DNA of 64,000 nucleotides from Acutalibacteraceae bacterium (GCA_045128715.1 JBGVRU010000017.1:18909-82908), one strand, 5' to 3'. Shown: positions 8,523-18,621, counted from the stretch's first letter. A program made the numbers and translations. The notes: generated by a model not told the origin, from the letters alone.

Positions 8523-11500
8523 CCCCACCAAAGAGCAGAAAAAGGCCATAGAAACAAAAGGTAATATTCTTGTTTCTGCTGCTGCAGGCTCCGGTAAAAC
8601 GGCTGTGCTTGTCGAAAGGGTAATATCACGTCTTTGCTCTGAGACCGACGGCATCAGCGCCGACCGTTTGCTGATTGTTACCTTTACAAATGCCGCTGCT
8701 GCGGAAATGCGTTCAAGAATAGAAAAACGGTTGGATGAAATAATTTTTCAAAATCCTGATAATGTGACTTTACTAATACAAAAGCACCTGCTTTCATCTG
8801 CAAAGATATGCACTATCGATTCCTTTTGCATAGACTTGGTACGTGAAAATTTCGAAAAGGTAGGAATCGCGCCCGATTTTAAAATGAGCGACGGTGCTGC
8901 GTTGGTATCTGCAGACAGCAGGGTATTATCAGGTATTATAAACCGCTATCTTGAAAACGGTGATACTGTATTCGGTGAGTTACTGGATATTATAGGCGCG
9001 GAATATGACGAGGGAAATTTTTCCGATTTTATATTGAGAATTTATAATTACAGCCGTCAATTGCCGTTTCCTAATAAATGGTTCGAATCATTAAGTGAGC
9101 CTTACGGTAAAAAATTTACAAAAGATAATATTTGGTGGAAATATGCCTTCAAAAAAGCTGAAAAAGCATTGAAAGAGGCAATTTCTTCACTAAATCGATC
9201 TAAGGAATTATTAACTGTATCCGAAAAGGCTCACAGTAGTTTTCTACTGCCTTTTTCCGAGCTTGGTAATAATTTAGTCTCACTTTTGGAGATTGCTGAA
9301 GAGTGCGATTGGGATGACTTTTATGGCAAGCTTAAAAATCTTACAGTTCCGTCTTTGCCTGCCGTAAGGGGAGTTTCAGATATTTTTGAGGTTACTGCCG
9401 CAAAAGAAATTTATAAATCAATATCGTCAAAAACTCTTGCAGGGCTTGAAAAAATATTCTTTGCAGATTGCGAATTTATCAACAAGCAGTTTTCAAAGCT
9501 TTATCAACCTTTAAAGCTTTTAACTGATATTTTAAAGGAATTCCAGCAAGCATTGTTTGATGAGTATACAAGAATTAATACATACACTTTCCATAATACC
9601 GAGCACTTAGCGCTTTCATTGCTCTGCGAAGAAGCAGACGGTGAGGTCAAAATCAGACCCGAAGCTCAAGAGCTACTTAACCGATTTGATGAGGTTATGG
9701 TGGACGAATATCAAGACACTAACGATTTACAGGATATGCTTTTCTATGTGCTGTCAAACAAAGAGAGCAAGCTGTTTGTTGTTGGTGATGTGAAGCAGAG
9801 TATATACGGATTCAGAGGTGCTAATCCAATCAACTTTTTAGCTAAGAAGAACCGTTATATTTCTATAGAAAATTCTAATGAAAATGATCCAAAGAAGATA
9901 ATATTAGGTAACAATTTTCGCTGCAAGCCCGAGGTTTGTGATTTTATTAATTTCTTCTTTGAACGTTTTATGACTGATGATACGGGGGATATAATCTATG
10001 ATGAAGAGGAGAGGCTCATTCCTGCGTCAGTATACCCCGAAATTGATGCTGTACCAACAGAATTCCACCTTATAGGAACTAAGGGCAGTGATTTGCCTGC
10101 TACTGTTTTGGAAGCCCGTCACATTGGTGAATATATCAAAAATCTTATGAATTCGGGAAATATAATAAAAGCAGATGATAATACCTTAAGACCTACTAAA
10201 TATTCCGATTTCACAATACTTTTGCGTTCTGCGAAATTAAAGGCGCCTATTATTGCTGAGGAGCTAAAAAAGCAGGGGATACCTGTAAGCTATACTTCCG
10301 AGGAATTCATTGAAACTACCGAAATTTCCACCTTTTTATCATTTTTAAAGGTAATCGACAATCCTCAGTCGGATATAGATCTGCTATGTGTTATGATGTC
10401 TCCCATATTTTCATTTACCCCTGATGAAATGGCGGAGCTACGTATCGGCGACAGAAAAGGAGATATTTTCGGTACTGTAATAACAGCAGCGAATGGCGGT
10501 AATAAAAAGGCAGAAGCTTTCCTTAAAGCCTTGGAAAGCTACAGGCTTTTGGCAATTACCAATACATTACCAAAGCTTATCTCTGTTTTGCTTTTAAAAA
10601 CAGGATATCTAGACACCGTTGCGGCTTTCAGTGATGGTGCCAAACGCCGAAATAATCTTTTATTACTAAGCTATTATGCAGAACAATTTTCCACCGGAGA
10701 GAATTTATCACTCTCACAGTTTTTGAAGCGGATTGATAAGCTGTCTACGGGACTTAGGGCGGCAGGTGTTTCCTCTGGCGGAGATAATGTTAAGATTATG
10801 AGCATACACGCTTCAAAAGGATTGCAGTTTCCTGTATGTATCATCGCAGGTATTGGCTCTGCTTTCAATGACAGTGAGGCTCATGAAAGCTGCCTTTATT
10901 CCACAGAGTTTGGACTTGGTTTTAAGTATTTTGACGAAACCGCAAAAACCAAGTTTACAACTGTCAGCAGAGAAGTTATTCTTGATAACGCGCGTGCTGA
11001 ACGCTTGGAGGAGGAATTGCGCCTTTTGTATGTTGCAATGACACGTACTCAGGATAAATTGGTGTTTGTGGGTAATGCATCTGACATAGATAAAAAGGCT
11101 GCCGAGCTCAAATCATTATTGATTTCTTCCGATTGCAGGATAACATCAGGCATTTTTTCAAAAACGAGAACATATCTTGATTGGTTGATTTTATGCCTGT
11201 TACTGCACCCTGACGGTAAGGAGCTGCAACTTAACGGTAACAGTATAATAGTAAATCAAACCGAAAGCCGTATAACTGTTAAGCTGATAGACCATTCTGT
11301 CATTAATCTCACCGAAAATGTTAATAAAATTGCCGAAATCACACCTGATTACGGTATGGCTAAGCTGATTTCGGAAAATATCAGCTTTAAATACCCTTAT
11401 GAGGATATACTTAAAATTGAATCAAAGGCTTCGGTATCAAAGCTAGCAAATAGTGCAGAGTCTGCTAAATTTGCTTTTACTGCCCGTCCTGAATTTATGA

Positions 11501-12018
11501 ATAAAGACGGTCTTTCAGCACCTCAGAAAGGCACTGCGATGCACAAGGTTATGCAATTTTTTGATTTCCAAAAACATAGCGCTGTTGATAGCGAGCTTGA
11601 AAGGCTTTATGAATGGCAGTATTTAACCGAAAATGAGTATAACTCTATTGATAGAGTGGCTCTTAAGAAATTCTTCTGTAGCGAAACCTTTAAAAGAATT
11701 CTTAATTCTTTAAATGTTAACCGTGAAATGCGTTTTCTCACAGAATTGCCTGCCGTAAAAATTGCTCCCCATTTAGACGAAAGGTTCAGTGATGAAAAAA
11801 TAATAGTTCAAGGTGCTGTCGATGTTTGCTTTGTGGAAGCGGACGGAATTGTTATTCTAGACTTTAAAACCGACAGGGTAGAAGATATCAGTGATTTAGC
11901 AGTAACTTACGGTGAGCAACTTAGCATTTATGCATTGGCTGCCGAAAAGATTTTTGAAAAACCTGTAAAGCAGAAGATTATCTATTCTTTTTTCTGCGGT
12001 AAGGAAATTGAGGTATAA
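8512..12018 (+). CDS. addA: helicase-exonuclease AddAB, subunit AddA (UvrD-like helicase + nuclease)
   Basis: AAAGSGKT Walker A, VDEYQDTN, and a C-terminal nuclease segment VQGAVDVCF...ILDFKTD. Confidence 0.9.
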   Translation: MAFNPTKEQKKAIETKGNILVSAAAGSGKTAVLVERVISRLCSETDGISADRLLIVTFTNAAAAEMRSRIEKRLDEIIFQNPDNVTLLIQKHLLSSAKICTIDSFCIDLVRENFEKVGIAPDFKMSDGAALVSADSRVLSGIINRYLENGDTVFGELLDIIGAEYDEGNFSDFILRIYNYSRQLPFPNKWFESLSEPYGKKFTKDNIWWKYAFKKAEKALKEAISSLNRSKELLTVSEKAHSSFLLPFSELGNNLVSLLEIAEECDWDDFYGKLKNLTVPSLPAVRGVSDIFEVTAAKEIYKSISSKTLAGLEKIFFADCEFINKQFSKLYQPLKLLTDILKEFQQALFDEYTRINTYTFHNTEHLALSLLCEEADGEVKIRPEAQELLNRFDEVMVDEYQDTNDLQDMLFYVLSNKESKLFVVGDVKQSIYGFRGANPINFLAKKNRYISIENSNENDPKKIILGNNFRCKPEVCDFINFFFERFMTDDTGDIIYDEEERLIPASVYPEIDAVPTEFHLIGTKGSDLPATVLEARHIGEYIKNLMNSGNIIKADDNTLRPTKYSDFTILLRSAKLKAPIIAEELKKQGIPVSYTSEEFIETTEISTFLSFLKVIDNPQSDIDLLCVMMSPIFSFTPDEMAELRIGDRKGDIFGTVITAANGGNKKAEAFLKALESYRLLAITNTLPKLISVLLLKTGYLDTVAAFSDGAKRRNNLLLLSYYAEQFSTGENLSLSQFLKRIDKLSTGLRAAGVSSGGDNVKIMSIHASKGLQFPVCIIAGIGSAFNDSEAHESCLYSTEFGLGFKYFDETAKTKFTTVSREVILDNARAERLEEELRLLYVAMTRTQDKLVFVGNASDIDKKAAELKSLLISSDCRITSGIFSKTRTYLDWLILCLLLHPDGKELQLNGNSIIVNQTESRITVKLIDHSVINLTENVNKIAEITPDYGMAKLISENISFKYPYEDILKIESKASVSKLANSAESAKFAFTARPEFMNKDGLSAPQKGTAMHKVMQFFDFQKHSAVDSELERLYEWQYLTENEYNSIDRVALKKFFCSETFKRILNSLNVNREMRFLTELPAVKIAPHLDERFSDEKIIVQGAVDVCFVEADGIVILDFKTDRVEDISDLAVTYGEQLSIYALAAEKIFEKPVKQKIIYSFFCGKEIEV

Positions 12019-12088
12019 AAATAGTAGGATACCCAAGAGGGCGCACTTCATTACAAAGTGTGTCTTCCACGGAAATCCTACTATTTTT
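12019..12088. terminator. bidirectional terminator hairpin between convergent addA and rsmA
   Basis: ATAGTAGGAT (12021-12030) pairs with ATCCTACTAT (12075-12084); the loop holds an inner CACTT/AAGTG hairpin; T-runs are present on both strands. Confidence 0.55.
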
Positions 12089-12932
12089 AAAGTGAATCGG
12101 CAATTGCGGCTAATTGTTCCATATTTAGCTCTTCACCACGGACAGTTTCACTTAAACCCATTTGTTTTAATGTATCTCTAAGGGCGTTTTTATCAATTTT
12201 CAAAGTGTTTGAAACTGTGTTTAAAAGGGTTTTTCGACGCTGAGAAAAACAGGCCTTTGTAAAGGCAAAAAATTTCTTTTCGTCTTTTACTTCGATAGGC
12301 GGTTTTTCCCTTATTTTTAGCTGAATTACGGCAGAATCAACATTTGGTGATGGCATAAAACTTTCTCTGCCGACTTGGAATAAAATCTCACTTTCCGCAT
12401 AATAATTTACTGCAACTGTAACTGCGCCCGATTCTCTGGTGCCTACTTTGGCGCAAAGCCTTTCTGCCGCTTCAAGCTGAACCATTACCGTAATGGATTT
12501 TATTGGCAAGCGGCTTTCCAATAGCATCATTACTATGGGGGAAGTAATATAGTAGGGAAGATTGGCGCATACACAAATACTGTCACAGTCGGCAAAGTGT
12601 TCTTCTATGATTTGTTTTAAATCTAACTTCATTGCATCGCCGTAAATAATCTCTACATTTTCACAGTCCGCAAGGGTAATTGGTAAAAGCTTTTTAAGTC
12701 TCTCATCTAATTCAATAGCAACTACCTTTTTAGCTTTTTTAGAAAGCTCATAGGTCAGCACTCCAATACCTGGACCTATTTCCAAAACTCCTGTATTACT
12801 TTCACAAGCGGCTTCTGCCATAGCAGGGCAAACACTGCTGTCAATTAAAAAATTTTGTCCCAGGCTTTTTTTAAAGGAAAAACCGTTCTTATTAAGCAGG
12901 GATTTAAGTGTATTTATATCTGAAAGATTCAT
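12087..12932 (-). CDS. rsmA: 16S rRNA (adenine1518/1519-N6)-dimethyltransferase
   Basis: LGQNFL motif, SAM-binding VLEIGPGIGVLT, NLPYYI. Start moved to the second ATG (12932), which has an AGGAG RBS 7 nt upstream. Confidence 0.85.
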   Translation of the reverse strand: MNLSDINTLKSLLNKNGFSFKKSLGQNFLIDSSVCPAMAEAACESNTGVLEIGPGIGVLTYELSKKAKKVVAIELDERLKKLLPITLADCENVEIIYGDAMKLDLKQIIEEHFADCDSICVCANLPYYITSPIVMMLLESRLPIKSITVMVQLEAAERLCAKVGTRESGAVTVAVNYYAESEILFQVGRESFMPSPNVDSAVIQLKIREKPPIEVKDEKKFFAFTKACFSQRRKTLLNTVSNTLKIDKNALRDTLKQMGLSETVRGEELNMEQLAAIADSL

Positions 12933-13001
12933 ATTTTTGCTCCTAAAAGTCATTTTATTTGATTATACCCTAATAAAATACATCTTGCAATAAAATTTTA
13001 G

Positions 13002-13030
13002 GTGACAAAAGGTGAAATTTATGATAGAAT
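13002..13030 (+). promoter_or_regulatory. putative promoter (GTGACA-17-TAGAAT, with a TG one base upstream of the -10)
   Basis: Hexamers and 17-nt spacing read directly from the sequence; lies upstream of the 13046 ORF. Confidence 0.4.
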
Positions 13031-13045
13031 ATATACAAAATTATT

Positions 13046-13807
13046 TTGGATGTGAATTTTGTGGATAACAGATATTATGAAAACGTAATTAACGAGATGC
13101 AGCCTTTCCTTGATGAGCACGGCTTTAAAGTTGCCGAAGACGGCATTTTTGCAAACGAAAATAAGCGTATTTTCGTGAATTATAATGATGACAGACAGAT
13201 GTATACACTTTCTGTTGCTGACATTGGTGAGGATACTACCGTTTCGGAATTTAGAGAAATTAACGCTTGGCTTTTTGATGACAGTCAGAATGCGAAGGAC
13301 GCTACTGCTGTAGGTATTGATTTTGTAAATTCTTTACGTAAGGAATTGGGTATCAAAATTAAGCGTGCTGTAAATAATGATATTGAACTGCCGTCTGCTT
13401 CTAAGTCAGGAGCGATGACAGTTACAGGCTTTGCCAAAAAGATGCTTGACGTTTTCCCGACTTTAAAGGACGAATATAAAGAGCATATTTCTGTTTACGG
13501 AAATTTCCTTTACATTAACTTCTTTGGTGAAAATTTGGTTCCCTTAATGAATAACCTTTTTGTTACAGGTACAAAAAAGCAGATTAAAAAGCTATATGAT
13601 GTTTTTGAGGTGGCTTACGTAAAAGGGGATAGGGATACTGTTAATATTATGGTTGCTTTACTCTGCGCTGCTTCTTATAAAGATGAAAAAGCTACAGAGT
13701 CTGTAAGAGAAATGCTTTCAGAGGATTCTCATTTCTTAGCTTCCTATAATAATTTTATACCTGTCTTCGCAAATAATAAGAAGCTTTTAGCTGCTCTTAT
13801 CAAATAA
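13046..13807 (+). CDS. hypothetical protein (no family recognised)
   Basis: 253-aa ORF with no competing frame. Start is uncertain (TTG at 13046; an internal Met lies further in). Confidence 0.5.
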   Translation: MDVNFVDNRYYENVINEMQPFLDEHGFKVAEDGIFANENKRIFVNYNDDRQMYTLSVADIGEDTTVSEFREINAWLFDDSQNAKDATAVGIDFVNSLRKELGIKIKRAVNNDIELPSASKSGAMTVTGFAKKMLDVFPTLKDEYKEHISVYGNFLYINFFGENLVPLMNNLFVTGTKKQIKKLYDVFEVAYVKGDRDTVNIMVALLCAASYKDEKATESVREMLSEDSHFLASYNNFIPVFANNKKLLAALIK

Positions 13808-14325
13808 ATATTTTTTAATTAAACAAAACTATAATTATGTTAAAAAATTAAAAGTTTAAATTTTTTAAGATAATGTTGCAAACAATATCAGCTAAAATGT
13901 TTCGGGGGAATAATTATACAAGAGGTATTATCTTGTATAAATGTCCCCCTAAAAATTTTATACCCAATTATACTAAATGAATATTTAGTAGAATTCAGGG
14001 GAGAGAAATTAGTCTAATTTTCGTAAAACAGCTTCCTTACATAAATTAACCCCAAAATAGTTTTATGTTAGCTTCTATTATAAACTAATATAAATAATAA
14101 TTCCAATCAATATAAATGTATTTAAATTAAATTTTTTCTAAATCATAGCAATATATTAAATTTTACAATTTAACATATTTCTATTTTGTTTTTGAGATGA
14201 TTATTTAAATTTTCATCCACTCAGTTTTTTCAGTAGATACTTAATATCATCTTAAAAATTTCTATTTGATAATTTTTTAATAAATTTCAAGAAAACCTTA
14301 TATATTAAAAAATATTAAAAAACAC

Positions 14326-14354
14326 TTGATTTTATTTTAAACATATTGTATAAT
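14326..14354 (+). promoter_or_regulatory. promoter of tRNA-Leu (TTGATT-17-TATAAT)
   Basis: TTGATT at 14326-14331, TATAAT at 14349-14354; about 20 nt upstream of the tRNA 5' end. Confidence 0.65.
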
Positions 14355-14374
14355 CCAATAGTCAACTTTAATTT

Positions 14375-14461
14375 GCCGGTGTGATGGAATTGGCAGACGT
14401 AGTGGACTCAAAATCCACCGGTAGCGATACCGTGCCGGTTCGAGTCCGGCCACCGGCACCA
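14375..14461 (+). tRNA. tRNA-Leu (anticodon CAA), CCA encoded
   Basis: Acceptor GCCGGTG/CACCGGC, anticodon arm GTGGA-CTCAAAA-TCCAC, long variable arm, T-arm GCCGG-TTCGAGT-CCGGC, terminal ACCA. Confidence 0.9.
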
Positions 14462-14467
14462 TTTATT

Positions 14468-14498
14468 TACCGAGTACCTTTGTGTCCTCGGTATTTTT
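14468..14498 (+). terminator. rho-independent terminator after tRNA-Leu
   Basis: TACCGAG / CTCGGTA stem followed by TTTTT. Confidence 0.7.
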
Positions 14499-14577
14499 GT
14501 TATATTATGTTTTGTATAGATTGTTAATAAAATAACAAATAGGGAATTTTAAATTTTCAAGCTTAATATAAAATTTA

Positions 14578-14614
14578 ACGAGTGAGACAAATTCATTATA
14601 AATGTCTCACTCGT
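14578..14614 (-). terminator. terminator hairpin downstream of nth
   Basis: ACGAGTGAGACA / TGTCTCACTCGT 12-bp stem immediately past the nth stop. Confidence 0.6.
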
Positions 14615-14618
14615 TTAT

Positions 14619-15257
14619 TTACTGATATTTAACACATTTTTTTGGACAAATATCGTTCAAAATGCATTTTTCACAATGCGCTGTTCTTGCGGTGCAGATA
14701 TCTCTGCCGAAAAGAACTGTTCTATGGCAAAAATCGTTTGATTTATCAGGCGGTAAGAGCTTTCGCATCACAGTTTCAACAGTAAGCGGATTTTTTGAAT
14801 CCACAAATCCTAAGCGATTACAAATTCTTATAAAATGAGTATCTGTAACAACTGCAGGCTTTTTATAAATATCACCGCAAACAAGATTTGCAGTTTTTCT
14901 GCCTACTCCCGGCAACTTGGTAAGTTCCTCAATAGTATCAGGAACGGTGCCGCCATAATCAGTTATCAATTTTTTTGCTATACCGATTAAATCCTTAGCC
15001 TTTGTTTTATAAAGACCACAGGTTTTAATAAGCTCCTCTACCCTACCTAAAGATGCTTTTGACATTGCAGCGGCGTCGGGAAATTCTTTGAAAAGCTCGG
15101 GAGTTACCATATTTACTCTTTTGTCTGTACATTGTGCCGATAACCTTGTAGAAATAAGTAGCTGAAAGGCATCGGTGTAATCCAAAGAGCAAATAGCATC
15201 AGGATAAAGCTTTTCAAGTCTTGCTACAGATTCTGTTACTCGTTCTTTTTTACGCAT
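14619..15257 (-). CDS. nth: endonuclease III (DNA-(apurinic/apyrimidinic site) lyase)
   Basis: HhH-GPD segment LTKLPGVGRKTANLV and a C-terminal 4Fe-4S cluster loop CTARTAHCEKCILNDIC. Confidence 0.9.
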   Translation of the reverse strand: MRKKERVTESVARLEKLYPDAICSLDYTDAFQLLISTRLSAQCTDKRVNMVTPELFKEFPDAAAMSKASLGRVEELIKTCGLYKTKAKDLIGIAKKLITDYGGTVPDTIEELTKLPGVGRKTANLVCGDIYKKPAVVTDTHFIRICNRLGFVDSKNPLTVETVMRKLLPPDKSNDFCHRTVLFGRDICTARTAHCEKCILNDICPKKCVKYQ

Positions 15258-16302
15258 TTGTGGCCTCTAATTTAAGATCATTTGGTTTTATAAGCCTCAT
15301 TTTACGCATAGCCTCTGCTACTGTAAAAGAAATTACTGCCGGTAACACAAAGTGCATTAAAATGATTTCAAGTAATGCAACCACTGGACTGAAGCCTACA
15401 GTTAGCATACTGTCATAAGCCATAAACTGACCAACAAGACCTGCCGAGCCCATACCAGAGCCAACAGGATTACTTACCATTTTAAGCAGAGCTGAAGAAA
15501 TCGGACCTAAAATTGCACTTGAAATGATTGAGGGCAACCATATAAGAGGATTTCTTACTATATTAGGTACCTGTAGCATTGAAGTTCCAAGACCTTGTGC
15601 AATAAGACCGCCGAATTTATTTTCACGATAGCTTATAACAGCAAAGCCTACCATATTGCAACAACAACCAACAGTAGCAGCACCTGCTGCAAGACCTGTA
15701 ATACCCATAGAAACACCGATAGCAGCTGAGGAAATCGGCAAGGTTAAAATTATCCCCATAAGAACAGAAACTGCAATACCGCCTAAAACAGGATGCTTTA
15801 CAACGTTAATGTTTACAAGCTCTCCAAGCCACATCATGGCTGCGGAAATATATGGGCCTACAAAATAACCTGCGGCAGAACCTGCAATAATGCAACAAAC
15901 AGGCGTAACTATTATATCCACCTTTGTTTTACCTGAAACTAATACGCCCATTTCAATAGCGATATACGCAGCAATAAAAGCACCTAAGGGTTCACCCGGC
16001 TTGCCAATTACGAAGGCTTCGTTTACAAGATTAGGGAATGCACCTATCATACCGCAAACAGCGGCAGCAACCGTTGTGAGAGGAGATGATTTCAGCTTGC
16101 AAGCAACACCTACACCAATACCTGCACCGGTAAGTGTTTTGGCAACATTACCCATTGAATATAAATAATCAGCTACAATATTATTACCGAGGAGCGTAGC
16201 TATCTGGCAAAGAATTGTACCGATTATCAGTGTTGAGAACAAACCGTAAGCCATACCTGAAAGACCATCAATAAACAAACGGTTTATGTACTTCTTAAAC
16301 AT
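15250..16302 (-). CDS. PTS EIIC_2-family membrane protein (orphan EIIC-like permease)
   Basis: 350 aa, polytopic and glycine-rich. N-terminal FIDGLSGMAYGLFSTLIIGTIL and GVGVA motifs resemble the PTS_EIIC_2 family. Overlaps nth by 8 nt. Confidence 0.5.
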   Translation of the reverse strand: MFKKYINRLFIDGLSGMAYGLFSTLIIGTILCQIATLLGNNIVADYLYSMGNVAKTLTGAGIGVGVACKLKSSPLTTVAAAVCGMIGAFPNLVNEAFVIGKPGEPLGAFIAAYIAIEMGVLVSGKTKVDIIVTPVCCIIAGSAAGYFVGPYISAAMMWLGELVNINVVKHPVLGGIAVSVLMGIILTLPISSAAIGVSMGITGLAAGAATVGCCCNMVGFAVISYRENKFGGLIAQGLGTSMLQVPNIVRNPLIWLPSIISSAILGPISSALLKMVSNPVGSGMGSAGLVGQFMAYDSMLTVGFSPVVALLEIILMHFVLPAVISFTVAEAMRKMRLIKPNDLKLEATNA

Positions 16303-16426
16303 TGTACTTCCTCCTAAAATTTTTTATTGTATTAATTATACTGCCATTTTAAAAAATTAACAATAGTGTATATGACAATATTTTTAGAAAATACTAATAC
16401 TAATTTATCTAATTGGGGGAAATCAA

Positions 16427-17407
16427 ATGAAAACCGTTGCTTTTTTTGATACAAAAATCTATGATAGGGAAAGTTTTTTAAAATTCAGCAACGATGATAT
16501 TAATATCAGATTTTTTGAAAACAAGCTTAATCGGGACACAGTAAGTATGGCGGCTTGCTGTGATGCAGTATGTGTTTTTGTGAATGACAGTATTGATAAA
16601 ACCGTAATAGAACAGCTTGAGAAATTTGGTGTAGGTCTTGTTGCAATGCGGTGCGCAGGTTATAATAATGTGGATTTAAAGGCGACACGTGGCAGAGTGC
16701 AGATAGTAAGAGTGCCTGCATATTCGCCCTATGCCGTTGCCGAGCACGCTATTGGTATGATTTTGCTTTTGAACCGTAAGCTTCACAGAGCGTATATAAG
16801 AACTAGGGATCACAACTTTTCGCTTGAAGGTCTTACCGGCTTTGATTTACATGGAAAAACGGTTGGTGTTATAGGTACAGGTAAAATTGGTCGTGCTTTT
16901 TGCGAAATTGCAAAGGGCTTCGGTATGAATATTTTAGGTTTTGATCCTTACGAAAGTAAAGAATTTAAAGGTAAATATGTAACTCTTGATGAGCTGTTAA
17001 GTAAAAGTGATATAATAACACTGCACTGCCCTCTTACTAAAGAAAACCGCCATATAATTAATGCAGAAACAGTTGCCAAAATGAAGCAGGGTGTTTTTAT
17101 AATTAATACATCACGTGGTAAGCTTATAGACACTCAGGCTCTTATTGACGGGTTAAAATCGGGCAGAATAGGCGCTGCAGGACTTGATGTTTATGAAGAA
17201 GAAACTTCCCTCTTTTTTGAGGATTTTTCAGAAGAAATAATACATGACGATACTCTTTCAACACTTATCTCGATGCCTAATGTATTGGTAACGTCTCATC
17301 AAGCGTTTTTGACAAGAGAGGCACTTAACGCTATTGCTGAAACCACAATGAAAAACTTAGAGGATTACTTTAACGGAAAAGAGCTTGTAAATGAAATAAG
17401 TATTTGA
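16427..17407 (+). CDS. ldhA: D-lactate dehydrogenase / D-isomer-specific 2-hydroxyacid dehydrogenase
   Basis: NAD-binding VGVIGTGKIGR; catalytic-region motifs NTSRG and VLVTSHQAF; length and N-terminus are typical of LdhA. Confidence 0.75.
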   Translation: MKTVAFFDTKIYDRESFLKFSNDDINIRFFENKLNRDTVSMAACCDAVCVFVNDSIDKTVIEQLEKFGVGLVAMRCAGYNNVDLKATRGRVQIVRVPAYSPYAVAEHAIGMILLLNRKLHRAYIRTRDHNFSLEGLTGFDLHGKTVGVIGTGKIGRAFCEIAKGFGMNILGFDPYESKEFKGKYVTLDELLSKSDIITLHCPLTKENRHIINAETVAKMKQGVFIINTSRGKLIDTQALIDGLKSGRIGAAGLDVYEEETSLFFEDFSEEIIHDDTLSTLISMPNVLVTSHQAFLTREALNAIAETTMKNLEDYFNGKELVNEISI

Positions 17408-17463
17408 ATTTATAGGCAAAATTACTAAGAAAAATTTCGTGACACAAGAATAACAATATCTCC

Positions 17464-17492
17464 TTGCAAGTTATTGAATTATATGATATAAT
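17464..17492 (+). promoter_or_regulatory. promoter (TTGCAA-17-TATAAT)
   Basis: Hexamers at 17464-17469 and 17487-17492. The -10 ends only 8 nt before the GTG at 17501. Confidence 0.5.
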
Positions 17493-17500
17493 TTGGCAAG

Positions 17501-18160
17501 GTGATTATTTTGACAAGAATTTACTTAATACGCCATTGCGAAGCTATCGGCAATATTAAAAAAATGTTTCAGGGTCTTAGTGACTTTGATATTACAGAGC
17601 TTGGTTCCCGTCAATTAAAGGCACTTGAGAAGCGATTTGAAAGTATTCATATTGATCGAGTGCTTTCAAGTCCTCTTTTGCGTACCAGAAAGACAGCAAA
17701 TGCTATTATAGGTAAAAGAAGTCTTCAGTTAGAAATAGAGGAAGGGCTTATCGAGCTTAATGGCGGTGTTATTGAAGGCAGAACCTATGATGAAATTTAT
17801 GCTACATTTCCCGAATTTAAGGATATGTGGCAAAATCACCCTGAGGATTTTGCACCTGAAAATGGTGAAACGATGCTCCATGCTTATGACAGAATTTGGA
17901 ATACTGTGTTAAGAATTGCAAGCGAAAATAAGGGTAAAACTGTTGCCTGCGCTTCTCATGGTGGAGTATTACGCTGTCTTAATTGTAAGCTTTTAAAGGA
18001 CGATATTACTAAAATGAAAGAGGTTCCTTTTGGCTATAATACTGCGGTAACTTTAATCGAATTTGATGGCGATTTAAATTATGAAGTTAAGTTTTTTGAT
18101 GACGCTTCTCATATTACAGAGGAGCTTATGAATAAGGTTGCCGCTATACCAAATAAATAA
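17501..18160 (+). CDS. histidine phosphatase (phosphoglycerate mutase) family protein
   Basis: IYLIRHCEAIGN (RHG-type motif), SSPLLRTRKTA, and a later SHGG histidine. The start could instead be TTG at 17510. Confidence 0.75.
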   Translation: MIILTRIYLIRHCEAIGNIKKMFQGLSDFDITELGSRQLKALEKRFESIHIDRVLSSPLLRTRKTANAIIGKRSLQLEIEEGLIELNGGVIEGRTYDEIYATFPEFKDMWQNHPEDFAPENGETMLHAYDRIWNTVLRIASENKGKTVACASHGGVLRCLNCKLLKDDITKMKEVPFGYNTAVTLIEFDGDLNYEVKFFDDASHITEELMNKVAAIPNK

Positions 18161-18173
18161 TTAAGGTATTTAT

Positions 18174-18602
18174 ATGATTATAATGTCAGTTGATTTAGGA
18201 AAGGCGCGAACGGGAATTGCTGTCTCGGATAGTGGCGAATCCTTTGCTTTTCCAAAAAAAGTCATAATAGAATATAATGAAGAAAAGCTAATCGGTAAAA
18301 TTTGTGATACTGCAAAGGAATTATCTGCCGAGCTGATAGTTGTCGGTTATCCAAAGAATATGGACGGCAGTGAGGGCCCACGAGCACAGGAATGTAAAGA
18401 AATTGCAGAAAAAATTACGTCTCACTGCGGAATTCGGACAATTATGTGGGATGAACGTTGCACTACCCTTTCTGCCCATACAGCACTTAATTACACCGAT
18501 ACAAGAGGTAAAAAACGCAAAGAAATTGTTGATGTTGTAGCTGCTGTTATTATTCTTGAAGATTACTTGAGTTTTAAAAAAAATAATATAGCGGTTAAAT
18601 AA
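18174..18602 (+). CDS. ruvX: Holliday junction resolvase RuvX (YqgF)
   Basis: MSVDLGKARTGIAVSD N-terminus, VVGYPKNMDGSEG and WDERCTT motifs. Confidence 0.85.
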   Translation: MIIMSVDLGKARTGIAVSDSGESFAFPKKVIIEYNEEKLIGKICDTAKELSAELIVVGYPKNMDGSEGPRAQECKEIAEKITSHCGIRTIMWDERCTTLSAHTALNYTDTRGKKRKEIVDVVAAVIILEDYLSFKKNNIAVK

Positions 18603-18621
18603 ATTAAAATAATGCTTATTG

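Noticed and set aside
14027-14040. 13-nt match ACAGCTTCCTTAC shared with the ruvX terminator loop (18627-18639)
   Set aside because: By my back-of-envelope estimate, many exact 13-mers are expected to recur by chance in a 64-kb window when both strands are considered, and no further similarity flanks the match.
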